The translations under genes and the position numbers were made by a program. DNA of 16,024 nucleotides, from positions 1 through 16,024 of the forward strand of contig JADGIF010000169.1 of assembly GCA_018985225.1 (NCBI GenBank), given 5' to 3'. Below the pieces are notes generated by a model. The model saw only the letters and a program-made list of their open reading frames with translations, was not told the origin of the DNA and ran no database searches. This document shows positions 1-9,297 of the stretch, piece by piece. Numbering within the stretch: the stretch's first letter is position 1; each line of letters begins with the position of its first letter. Origin of the DNA: Amoeboradix gromovi X-113 (taxonomy: Eukaryota > Fungi > Sanchytriomycota).

Positions 1-30
1 GTCCACTCGCCTCTTAAATCCATAAAGTAA
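1..30 (+). CDS. Possible 3' end of an upstream gene (…VHSPLKSIK*)
   Basis: Frame 1 is open from the window edge to TAA at 28-30, which overlaps AATAAA (29-34). The same stop/poly(A) fusion is seen at CPSF1, S18 and FBP. Too short to identify. Confidence 0.25.
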   Translation, partial: VHSPLKSIK

Positions 31-440
31 TAAAGCTGAAATAATGTTCCAAGTTGTTACAGAAAGTTAGTCCAGTTATTATACTTGTTGTCTCAAATGC
101 TTTTTATATGTGCTTGAATAACAAGAAGAGAAAGAAGTAATAATACCATTTATTGGGGAGATATTTGAATTAGCCATATTGGCAGACATCCAGAAGCACC
201 TAATAGAGGGCTGATCAGCAATGTAAGACTTTAAACACTATGTCAACATCTTTGATAGGAATAACAACGCTGCTTTGAAAATATACACTGTGCATAGCTA
301 TTTGACAACGCATAGAAACAAGGTTTGCAGCCAAGATCCTGAATGGGCTTCTAATATGAGACTGTATTGCGGGAGTATCCCCGGCTTGTTTTTGGGGCCG
401 TTTTCCCAAAGTCTGTCCCAAGGAGAGTGAAAGTTTACAA

Positions 441-3400
441 ATGTTTTCCATTGCCTCGCAACTTTTAGCACCCACTGCCGTTGAATGCTGTATATTTGGC
501 ACTTTTAACAATTTTTTATACTTAATAGTTGGATATCGTGAGTGTATTACGTTTTATTCAATACAAAGCAATAAGTTAATAGTTGAATTTAAGTGCAGAA
601 TTGACGGAGTCCCGAAAGGATTGACTATGGCTAAGCTTAACGGCAAGCAGTATTTGGTGGTGCAGTTTAATTTATCCTTCTCGCTGTGTACCGTTGAGAA
701 CCATACACTGAAAACTGCTTCTATTCATTATTATAATCGAGAAGATATAATGGATGCAGGAATTAGACACGTTACTCAAAATCATCACAAAATACTAGTA
801 GATCAACAATCTACATGTATTTTGATGCCTGATTTGGATTTCTTCACTGTTTTGCCGATTCGTAACGAATTGGATGTGCACGACAAGATTCCCTACTTTC
901 CTAGCTGGACCATGTCGTATAGCGAGTTGAAGCTAGTAGATGTCAAGAATGTCGTATTCCTTAATGGTTACTTTGAGCCTACAATTGCCATACTTCAAGA
1001 TGGGCAACCATTTTGGCAAGGTTTAAATCAAAAAGACCAAGGTTTTATCACTGTTATGTCTTTAAACATTCAAAAGAAGCAATTTACGACTTTGAAGGTT
1101 TATAAGTCGCTTCCCTCCTCTTCGCAATTCCTTTTAGCAATTCCAGGTCAAACTGGGTTTGTTTACTTTTGTTCTTCTGGATTCTTTATTTATGACAAGC
1201 AAAGCATTAATGGTTTTGGGGTGGGCGTGTCTGCTTATAGCAGTTTGGAATCTATGAAATACATTGATAAATTAGATTTACTTGGAATGAATTTGGATGG
1301 GTGCACTGCCCAATTCATTACCAATGACAGTTTTATAATGGCACTTCAAAACGGTCACGTATGGACTGTAAAGATATATCCCAACACTCGTCAAGTGAGT
1401 ACTCGTGTTGAAATTCAGGATTCTCTACCTGTTAGTGCTTTTGGTATTCGTGTTCACATGAGGAAGATCTTAACTGTATCTATTTTAAATGGTATAGCTA
1501 TCAGTTCTCCTTATTGTTTTCTAGGATGCTGTGGGCACTCCAAGTTGTTGGATTTAAAATCCAGTGCTGCAGAACTTATTGTACTGGAAGATATTGCGGA
1601 TGATGATTTGTACAAGACTGAGCCTCTTCCGAAAACAGAGATAACGGCTAGCGATGTTAAATCAGGGGACATTGAAATTCTAGATGAGCTAAAGAGTTTT
1701 GCGCCAATGAGGCACATTGCTACTAGCAATCTTGATTTATACTCGGACAAAAAGATGATGTTGATAGCTGCCACGGGCACATTTGACGAATCTTGTATAA
1801 CATTCTTCCAACAAGCACTGCCATGGCAAGTGATTCATACTTTTGGATCTAAGCTCTTGAAATATTTTCCGTTTTATTATAATGGGCATGTGCACTGCCA
1901 ATATCAAAAAGACAATAGACAGTATCTGGTGGAACTGAAACAACAAGTCATCAAAACTAGCGGTAATCCGTTTAAGTTGGATTTGAAATTCAACTTTCAT
2001 TCATCCCCGTTATTCCACTTGCTGGTTAACCCTACATCATTTGTTATATACGATTTGCTGTTAGAATCCAAATTTACCCACGTACATGAGATACAAACTG
2101 GTACAATCAAATTATACAATGGATACATCACCAATTTATATAAAAATACTTTACACGTTTACTTGGTAGATGCCGGCTTGAAGCAGATGTCATTGGTGCT
2201 CCAGATGAGCGATATTAAGAGCGTGCATATATCAATGACGCCTGCACCTACAACTTCGGTTGATAAGGAAGATGGTGAGATTGAGACAGTTAAAATTGTA
2301 CACATATGGGTTTTAGATTGCAAGGATGTCTTAAGCATACTGGACGTTGACGGGAAATTGCTAAATAGATATAATTGTCATTTAATGGGACACGTCATTA
2401 AAACTGACGCTGATTCGGATCCCATGGATGTTGATGGAGTAGATACTATATCAAGCATTACAAACATGTGTATACTATACAAGAAATGTTTCTTTTTATT
2501 ACTGGGTGACGAATCCGGTCAAATTACAATTTACAAATCACATAAACTGCAGTACTTCCACAAGATTCAATCTAACTTACTAAAACTAAAGTACTTCAAG
2601 AACATATTTTACACTACATCGTCGATGCAAGATTCTTGTATTCTGATTGCCAACAAAACGTATTTTATTCACGCTGATGCTCGGAACAACATTTATAGCC
2701 ATGAATTAGCTCAATTGAGCCATATTAAACAAATACAAAAAATAGAACATGCTCGTGATTTGTACATGATAACCGACGATCTGAACACCGTATTGCTGAT
2801 TGAAATCAAGGACGTGATGAAGAGGGATAGTAATTTGGTTTATAAACAAGTCAAAATGAATAATACAATTGACAAAGTGACTTGGCATGATACTAGTAAG
2901 CTCATAGTAGCGCTAACTTATGATCGGGTAAAAACAAAATGTCCCCCGCCGCTGGTGCACAATGACGAGACAGATGGTCGTAAAGTAGCACCAAGTACAA
3001 TAACAGATTTAACAACTCAGATAGAACATTTGCCAGGTGCTTTTCAAGTAGAAATGAGCAAATATTCATTGAAATTGCTGTCATTAGAGTCATTTCAAGT
3101 AATTGATGACGTAGTAATGGATGATTATTTCATAATTTTAGACATGACCAGCATAATAATAGAAACAAAAGAAAGCAGCACAGGTGAGAAGCAATATATA
3201 GCAGTTGCAGGTGGGCTAATGAAGGTATTTCATTTTAATATAGGGTGAAGAAACACAGATTAAAGGTGAAATACATGTTTTTGACATTATTAAGATTAAC
3301 CGCGACCCTAATAAACCAGATGCAACTCATAAGTTAAAGCATAGGGCAAAGACATCATTCAAAGGTGTAGCATCATCGATTACTGCTGTTTTGGGCCATT

Positions 3401-4176
3401 TAATATCTACTAATGGATTTAAGGTTATGGTCTACAAGTTTGATGGAAATACTTTAAACGCTATTGCATTCTATGATTTACATCATATGGTGTCATGTGT
3501 GGCTGCTATCAAGAACTATGTATTAGCTACAGATGTGTACAGATCAGCTACGTTCTTAGCATTTCAAGAAGATCCTTATCGGTTCTTTTTGCTGGGAAGA
3601 GATTACAAGAATCTGGAGATTGAGCAGTGTGATTTCTTAATTGATGGAAATTCTTTAGGGTTGGTAGAGTTAGACAAATACGGCAATTTATATATTTCGT
3701 CATTTTCACCATTTGACATTCAGTCTCAAGGCGGCAACAAGCTACTTCGGGTAGCCGATTACCATTTTGGGGCACAGGTTAGTAAGATGTTGCGAATAAG
3801 AAAGACTTCAGAGGAGAGCATAGGACCTATGAATAGGCAGTTTTATAATTTGATTTCATTTTACGACGGAGGAATAAGCTACATAGCACCTATAGGGGAG
3901 CGAGTATTCAAGAGGCTTTTATTTATAACTGCTAGAATGTATCAAACAGTACCTCATACATGTGGCTTAAATCCTAGAACATACAGATTGAGCACAAATA
4001 CAATAGCCAGGTTAGACGAAAACCCTCACAAAAATGTTATAGATGGAGATTTTGCTAAAGAATTTCTTAACTTGGATAGAGTTATGCAAAAATCATTAAG
4101 CGAGTCAATAGGGATCACGAAAGATAGATATTTGAATGATATAACAAAAATTGAACACGAAATAGGAAGATTTTAA
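441..4176 (+). CDS. CPSF1: Cleavage and polyadenylation specificity factor subunit 1 (CPSF160/Cft1); join(441..3224,3244..4176), 1238 aa
   Basis: CPSF1-type motifs: N-terminal 'PTAVECCIFGTF', 'LKTASIHYY', 'FLNGYFEPTIAIL'; C-terminal CPSF_A region 'IKNYVLATDVYRSATFLAFQEDPYRFFLLGRDY', 'SQGGNKLLRVADYHFG', 'HTCGLNPRTYR', 'NVIDGD'. Removing the 19-nt GT-AG intron joins ORFs 441..3248 and 3391..4176 in frame via 'MK|GEETQIKGEIHVFDII'. Confidence 0.95.
3225..3243 (+). other. 19-nt spliceosomal intron (phase 0) in CPSF1: GTATTTCATTTTAATATAG
   Basis: GT-AG ends. Removal restores a continuous frame to 4176 and the conserved 'GE....G.I..FDII' segment. Confidence 0.93.
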
Positions 4177-4237
4177 TAAAATTTGATATTCAAACGTTGT
4201 TATACTCGTCATTTTTAATTTAAATTTTAAAACAAAA

Positions 4238-5482
4238 ATGATTGCAACTGGAGCATCAGAATTAGTATTTTATGATGCAGTTAACAACGCTAAATATAAA
4301 TCGGCAGACATGAAAGTAGAAAAGTTGAAATGGTCATACAGCAGTAATTGTTTTTTGATAATTCTGAGTAACAATAGTTTATATATTTGGAATTCCCTAA
4401 ATTCGGCAGATTGCACCCTGCTGAATATTAAGCATTCCATATCTGATTTTGATCTCACGAAAGATGACTCCTACATAGTTTTCTCTACAAATGACCATTT
4501 AATGCGAGTATACGACATCAAAAGACAAAAAACTAGCGGCAAGGAGTACCCATTCCACATAAACGCTTCATCGATATGCTTAAGCGCAGATGATGTAATG
4601 GTAGCTGTTTCTAGTGGCAGATTTCTTGAGATACTAAATAGAACTTCAAAAGAATATAAAAAGTTGGAATGTAAAAGTGAAATAATGAAAATGGAATGGA
4701 GCTTTCACCAATCTGAAGTTTTCAAACTGTATATACTTTCTATGGGTACTTTATATCTGTTCGACTGTTTAAAACAAAATTTTGTAGAAATTTATAGAAA
4801 TGAGAAGCTAAGCGATTTTTGCCTATCAAACTCAATGAAGTTAATGTACATTTACGGGTCTGAAATTGTTAAATATGATTGCCAGAACATGCTTGTTCTA
4901 GCTTCGTGTACCCAGAATGATGCCAATTGCATTTATTTTGATGACGAGTCCTGTTTTTTATACGTAGGCTACCAGCATGGTATACTTAAATGCTCTGCTA
5001 GCTTGCAAGTTATAGAGAGTATATCACTATCCGAATGCTCTAAGATATCATCTAGATCAAAAGTGTCTGCGGCTTTTGAAATTCCTCGCCTTGAGAATAT
5101 TTTTACACCTCCAAGGCAAACTACTGACTCTGTACAAAGCTTGACTGATATTCCTATGGAAGGGCTTACCACTCCATTTGATAAGTCTAATAAATTGGAT
5201 TCTCTTAATGATTTACAAGCAAGGCTAAACTCAATTGATGAAAAAGACAGCAATTATGAGCTCACAGTTACTAGTCAGATCAGCGAATTAAAAGAAGAGA
5301 TTAAAGGAGATTTAGCTAACATACATGTAGATATTATTAAGCAAATGCACCAGCAAAAGAAAGATATCAAAGAAATGTTGCAAAATATGGCAGTTGATGA
5401 GTTGTTTAAATCATTGCTAAATGAGGTATCAAGATTAAACAAAGATAATCAGAGGTTAAGGCTTTTATTAGAGAAACATTGA
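4238..5482 (+). CDS. NEDD1: NEDD1/GCP-WD-like gamma-tubulin ring complex targeting factor (N-terminal WD40 propeller, C-terminal coiled coil), 414 aa
   Basis: WD40-like repeats ('NNSLYIWN', 'DHLMRVYDI'). The C-terminus 'LKEEIKGDLANIHVDIIKQMHQQKKDIKEML…LLNEVSRLNKDNQRLR' matches the NEDD1 gamma-tubulin-binding helix pattern (D..NL.VE.I.QF..Q…L..E..RL..EN.RLR). Confidence 0.8.
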   Translation: MIATGASELVFYDAVNNAKYKSADMKVEKLKWSYSSNCFLIILSNNSLYIWNSLNSADCTLLNIKHSISDFDLTKDDSYIVFSTNDHLMRVYDIKRQKTSGKEYPFHINASSICLSADDVMVAVSSGRFLEILNRTSKEYKKLECKSEIMKMEWSFHQSEVFKLYILSMGTLYLFDCLKQNFVEIYRNEKLSDFCLSNSMKLMYIYGSEIVKYDCQNMLVLASCTQNDANCIYFDDESCFLYVGYQHGILKCSASLQVIESISLSECSKISSRSKVSAAFEIPRLENIFTPPRQTTDSVQSLTDIPMEGLTTPFDKSNKLDSLNDLQARLNSIDEKDSNYELTVTSQISELKEEIKGDLANIHVDIIKQMHQQKKDIKEMLQNMAVDELFKSLLNEVSRLNKDNQRLRLLLEKH

Positions 5483-5740
5483 AAATTGCAGCTGCTGTTG
5501 ATATTGGTACTGTGACTAGATTTGAACTTCATAAAATGACTCAAATATTGTTAATAAATTAATGTATAATCCCATATATTTAATTCTTGTTCGCTAAATT
5601 CAAATTGAGTCTCGGTTTGGTACCAGAAACAAGATTTTACGGGATCTGAGCATTACAGATTAGTTTAGTAGTATATGAGTTTGTGTTGGAATTGGATTAA
5701 GGCGTAAGTGTTGAGCTATTTAGACTTAAACAAAGCAGTA

Positions 5741-6814
5741 TTATCCCAGCAAACATTTGTCGTAAAACGATACTTGAATTATAGCGGGGAAAAAAGCCAT
5801 TCTGGAGGAGATTAAAGATACGAAGCAAACATACGAAAGAGCGTTATTAACAGCAGGCATTAGTGACTGAGTAGGTCTCAGCGGCGGTTTGAATACATAT
5901 TTCAATGATATGATAAGCGAAACATAATGTAAAGCCGCTAAGAAAGCAACAAATATTCCAATTAATGGAAACCCGTAAGACGTGCTGAAAACTATAAATG
6001 CTTTGTGAATTATATCACAGAACTCATCAGCAATGTCAAGTTCAGGCTTCTTCGCCAAAGCCAGCTTACTTAAACAATGAAGAAGAGTCAAGTTTAAATA
6101 TTTTATAGCATAACTAAGCAACACGAGAATAAAACCGTAATTAGGAATAGTGCAATCAATGTTATTTGAATTAATATAGCTGATAAATGATATTCCAATA
6201 AAAGAGGCCGTTGTGGATCCTATTCTAAGGATCAGCAGTTTGATAAAATAGTTTTTTCTGAAGCTAGACCAAGTTTTATGCTCTTCAAATGAAGACAACA
6301 AATAACATAGCGAACCTGATAAATAATGTATAAAGGAAACGAAAGCAGCCAAGGTCACTGTTTGCGCAGAAATACTTTTAGGTATTGTTCCAATGAGAAA
6401 AGAAACTACCAGAATCCCAATCGCTATCATAAAGAAAACAATACCAGATACAAATCTTTTAATAGATTTGAGATATTTACCATGATGCTTGTTTGGAATG
6501 TTATTTAATAAAGTCTGCTTTCTTGTATTTACTAGCTCTGGGTAGACTTGGAGTCTATCGTATCTCGCATTCATACCTATGACTACAATGACAGACATTT
6601 GCATTACTCCACCCAAAGCTAAATATAGTTTCTCAGACACATAGTATGAGGATATGACCAAAGAATTAATTGTGCTTGGAGTAGAATAGTAGTGGGGTAC
6701 CTGAGATACAAAGCCAAGAGACCCTATTATAATACAGCTTAATATAATCCTCGAGAGAAATTGAAAATACTGGTAATTCGCGTATCCATAGTTTCGAATT
6801 AAAAAGCTCCTCAT
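5741..6814 (-). CDS. Compact transmembrane channel-like (TMC; TMC/TMEM16/OSCA superfamily) protein, ~357 aa from the first in-frame ATG
   Basis: Several hydrophobic helices. TMC-like motifs: 'YG…YFQFLSRII' (TM1), 'FEEHKTWSSF…IKLLILRI', 'PELDIADEFCDIIHKAFIVFSTSYGFPLI' and 'SLKYVFKPP'. The ORF-track start at 6934 is a TTG; the first ATG is at 6814. Confidence 0.7.
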   Translation of the reverse strand: MRSFLIRNYGYANYQYFQFLSRIILSCIIIGSLGFVSQVPHYYSTPSTINSLVISSYYVSEKLYLALGGVMQMSVIVVIGMNARYDRLQVYPELVNTRKQTLLNNIPNKHHGKYLKSIKRFVSGIVFFMIAIGILVVSFLIGTIPKSISAQTVTLAAFVSFIHYLSGSLCYLLSSFEEHKTWSSFRKNYFIKLLILRIGSTTASFIGISFISYINSNNIDCTIPNYGFILVLLSYAIKYLNLTLLHCLSKLALAKKPELDIADEFCDIIHKAFIVFSTSYGFPLIGIFVAFLAALHYVSLIISLKYVFKPPLRPTQSLMPAVNNALSYVCFVSLISSRMAFFPAIIQVSFYDKCLLG

Positions 6815-6925
6815 GATATTGTGGCTTTCTTCAAATCCAGAGCGAGCCGTGGGCTGTATCCTTAGTAAGTTTAATTTGTCGGAAAGAGGATTCTGTAATC
6901 TAGGAATAGAAGGATTTCCCCGCAC

Positions 6926-7153
6926 ATGACACAAAAGCAGAAAGTAATCATTTCCCTACCGTTGGAAGTTAATAGCAAGGATATTAAAATTGATGTTAAA
7001 TTGAAAAGAGCTTATATAGATGGAAAGGAACATCCAATTAATTTTGGCGAGTCAACCAGTATCTTAGTGTTTGATGAGGAAGGAACAATGGTTGCAAATA
7101 CTACACATGTAATACAAGTCGAGCCGCTAAAAGATACTCTGATAAAGAAATAG
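6926..7153 (+). CDS. Small 75-aa protein, possibly a minimal RNA polymerase I subunit A34.5 (RPA34/PAF49) dimerisation domain
   Basis: Clean ATG-to-TAG ORF with a beta-rich pattern. 'KVIISLPLEVNSKDIK…IDGKEHPI…SILVFDE…HVIQVEP' resembles, by eye, the order of motifs in the yeast Rpa34 N-terminal module. Confidence 0.4.
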   Translation: MTQKQKVIISLPLEVNSKDIKIDVKLKRAYIDGKEHPINFGESTSILVFDEEGTMVANTTHVIQVEPLKDTLIKK

Positions 7154-7523
7154 CTACGTGAAGTGTAAACTTACTATCTCATTCTCAAAGTAAATGTTTT
7201 ATGTAAAAAGAAATCCTTGCGGTGGAACCAGAAAGAGATAAAGCTTTGGCCTTAGGACATCAAATTTGCCAGGTAACTCCTTAACTAAGTTCCGGAAAGT
7301 CAACGGAAACCAAGGGCTGCTTAAACATGATGCAATTTTTATTTTCAATTTATTAGTTTGCATCCGAGGTAATAGATAACGATGACAGATATGATGTATT
7401 TCAGCTATTGTTTCAGTAACGGCTAAAGCATAGCAAGTATATTTCTGAACTCCATAAGTTATTATGGTCCCCACTCATTCTACCAACTAAGCGCACTCAA
7501 AAGACATGGTCTATTAAGTCTAC

Positions 7524-7790
7524 ATGGTTGAACAGTATACTGGAGTATTCAAAGAATGGATAGAAACTACCAGATGGACCTATAATTAGTGCGTGCCTGA
7601 CACTTCTAATAGTAAAATGACAAAGAAGTCTCTGCGTGACAAATACAAGAATTCATTGAAAGGATTTGAAAGGAAAGTGAAGGTCTTTCAGAGACCAGAG
7701 CGCATTCCTGATTCCTTCTCAATCCCTCTTCAGTTTCCTACAAAGTCGGTTACCGGAACAAAATATCGACTCGAATTTTCAGCCTCCTAG
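7524..7790 (+). pseudogene. Interrupted ORF with a Myb/SANT-like helix; an intact 57-aa ORF from ATG 7617 is the alternative reading
   Basis: MVEQYTGVFKEWIETTRWTYN*CVPDTSNSKMTKKSLRDKYKNSLK…, with one in-frame TAG at 7587-7589. 'W…YN…T.K.LRDKYKN' resembles Myb/SANT-like domains. Confidence 0.25.
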
Positions 7791-7888
7791 TAGAAACTCT
7801 AGATTTTTTAGTAAATCAGGACATTTAATGAGTGTTGATAAAATAATTCTTGTCACCCGCCTTTACCCCGGTCTACATCTCATTCAAC

Positions 7889-8227
7889 ATGTCCCAAATG
7901 TTTAAATTCAGAAAGGCTGCCCAAAACTTATCTCAGAATGGCTCTAAGTATAAGCAAACTGGCTCAACCTACAAACCAGAACAAATAGCCGATGTAGGGA
8001 AGATTTACAATGATGAAGGAATTCCAAAAATGCCGTTTGATATATTCAAGGCAATGAAAACTAACCCATTAAGAGAATATCGGAACGTTGGTTTGTTAAA
8101 GCAATTTCAAATGGAAAACGGCGGTATTGTTCCAAGATATGTTAGTGGACTGACAAAAGTTAACCAGAGGAGGTTGGCGAAGTCTATAAAGCGAGCCCGT
8201 CATTTTGGTTTGTTGTCTTTTAAATAA
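7889..8227 (+). CDS. RSM18: Mitochondrial ribosomal protein S18 (bS18m / Rsm18-like), 112 aa
   Basis: S18 core 'NPLREYRNVGLLKQF.MENGGIVPRYVSGLTKVNQRRLAKSIKRARHFGLL'. The basic N-terminus is presequence-like. ATG at 7889 (the track start at 7850 is TTG). Stop overlaps AATAAA at 8223-8228. Confidence 0.9.
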   Translation: MSQMFKFRKAAQNLSQNGSKYKQTGSTYKPEQIADVGKIYNDEGIPKMPFDIFKAMKTNPLREYRNVGLLKQFQMENGGIVPRYVSGLTKVNQRRLAKSIKRARHFGLLSFK

Positions 8228-8253
8228 ACAAACGAATATTTTTTAACTTAAAT

Positions 8254-8598
8254 GAGACCCAACTTCAGAAAATGTCCGCAACTCGAAGTCGGAGGACCTC
8301 CTGAAAAGGCATGTCAGTCCCATAATAAGCTGTCAAGCCATAGCTTGGCTGATTAGCGCTTGAGCATATGTCGCAATATCTCAACCGATAACCATTTTCA
8401 TTTTCTATCTCTTAATGTTTGTAATGTTTTTTCTAGTACTTGGTTATCATTTTTTTTGCTATTTTGCAATGGGTTTTTTGTGTTTTCTTCGTATTTTTCT
8501 TGTGTGGGGTAGGCTGAATCAATGATAATGATGAATCTAGTTAATTTCTAGGTGTTCCTGCCACTTTGAAATCAGGACATTTTGTCAGAATGGGTCTC
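8254..8598. mobile_element. Non-autonomous DNA transposon / MITE relic with ~55-bp imperfect terminal inverted repeats, flanked by AT on both sides
   Basis: Left 8252-8307 ATGAGACCCAACTTCAGAAAATGTCCGCAACTCGAAGTCGGAGGACCTCCTGAAAA versus reverse complement of 8545-8600 ATGAGACCCATTCTGACAAAATGTCCTGATTTCAAAGTGGCAGGAACACCTAGAAA: 40/56 identical, ungapped, first 10 nt perfect. Confidence 0.7.
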
Positions 8599-8636
8599 AT
8601 ATTTTTTTAATTTATCTTTCAAAACTCCTGTCTCCA

Positions 8637-9260
8637 ATGATTGTATTTAAAAGACTGATTCTGAGAGAGAACATATGGACGGTTCCTAATTTTCTAACGC
8701 TGACTAGAGTAGGGCTAACACCGGTGCTTTTTGGATCTCTTGTACAGCATAACTTCAAGACATCCTTGGCTTTATTAGCAATTTGCACCACTTCAGATCT
8801 ATTGGATGGATACTTTGCAAGGAAGCTGAATCAATCTACCATATTTGGAAGTTTTTTTGACCCATTCGCAGATAAGTTTTTTGTGGCAAGTGTTTCTGTT
8901 GCTTTACAGTACATTGACTTGATGCCACCATTCGTATTTGTCACTTTTGTAGGAAGAGATCTTGTTTTATTAGCAACGTCAATGTACTGGAGATATGCAT
9001 TTCTGCCAAAACCCAAAAGTACGAGGAAGTTTCTGTCACTTCTTGAATTCCCGAGTCCAAGAATTGTTCCCACTTATGCCTCTAAAGTTAATACAGGTTT
9101 GCAGATGGGATACATAACCACACTGGTGACTACTTCTTACCTTGGTTGGAATCCAAACTTCACCGAACTTGAAGTTTTGGTGGTCTGCACAAGTGTTTGG
9201 TCGATGTTTCAATATGTATTATATCCGCACCAAGCAATGAAAAGACTGAAAAGAAAATAG
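8637..9260 (+). CDS. CRD1: Cardiolipin synthase, CDP-alcohol phosphatidyltransferase type (Crd1/CRLS1), 207 aa
   Basis: 'ENIWTVPNFLTLTR', CDP-alcohol phosphotransferase motif 'DLLDGYFARKLNQSTIFGSFFDPFADK', 'GRDLVL' and 'PTYASKVNTGLQ'. Confidence 0.9.
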   Translation: MIVFKRLILRENIWTVPNFLTLTRVGLTPVLFGSLVQHNFKTSLALLAICTTSDLLDGYFARKLNQSTIFGSFFDPFADKFFVASVSVALQYIDLMPPFVFVTFVGRDLVLLATSMYWRYAFLPKPKSTRKFLSLLEFPSPRIVPTYASKVNTGLQMGYITTLVTTSYLGWNPNFTELEVLVVCTSVWSMFQYVLYPHQAMKRLKRK

Positions 9261-9297
9261 TTGAGAAGTTAGTAAATCTATGTTTTTTGAAACTAGA

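Noticed and set aside
44-430. Reassignment of TAA/TAG to Gln (as in ciliates or Amoeboaphelidium protococcarum) to explain interrupted intergenic frames
   Set aside because: Conserved genes here end properly at TAA (CPSF1, H3, FBP1, LCB1), TAG (CRD1, CCDC90-like) and TGA (NEDD1) and have no internal TAR codons. The interrupted frames also contain TGA.
3225-3390. Frameshift, sequencing error or split-gene explanation for the broken CPSF1, H3, FBP1 and LCB1 ORFs
   Set aside because: Each break is fixed by removing exactly 19 nt with the same GT…TTAAT.TAG consensus, restoring conserved residues with none left over.
5802-5821. Candidate 20-nt intron GTATCTTTAATCTCCTCCAG (minus strand) near the end of the TMC-like gene
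   Set aside because: TTAAT is not at the -9 to -5 position, the length differs, and the unspliced frame already gives a plausible final TM helix and stop. Not needed, though not excluded without RNA data.
7273-7289. Candidate 17-nt intron GTAACTCCTTAACTAAG
   Set aside because: TTAAC is correctly spaced from the 3' end, but length, donor and AAG acceptor deviate, and splicing yields no recognisable protein with a start codon.
8254-8598. Outward-facing BsaI sites (GAGACC…GGTCTC) suggesting a synthetic Golden Gate cassette
   Set aside because: The sites are part of a much longer degenerate inverted repeat and there is no vector or marker sequence; a natural TIR explains them.
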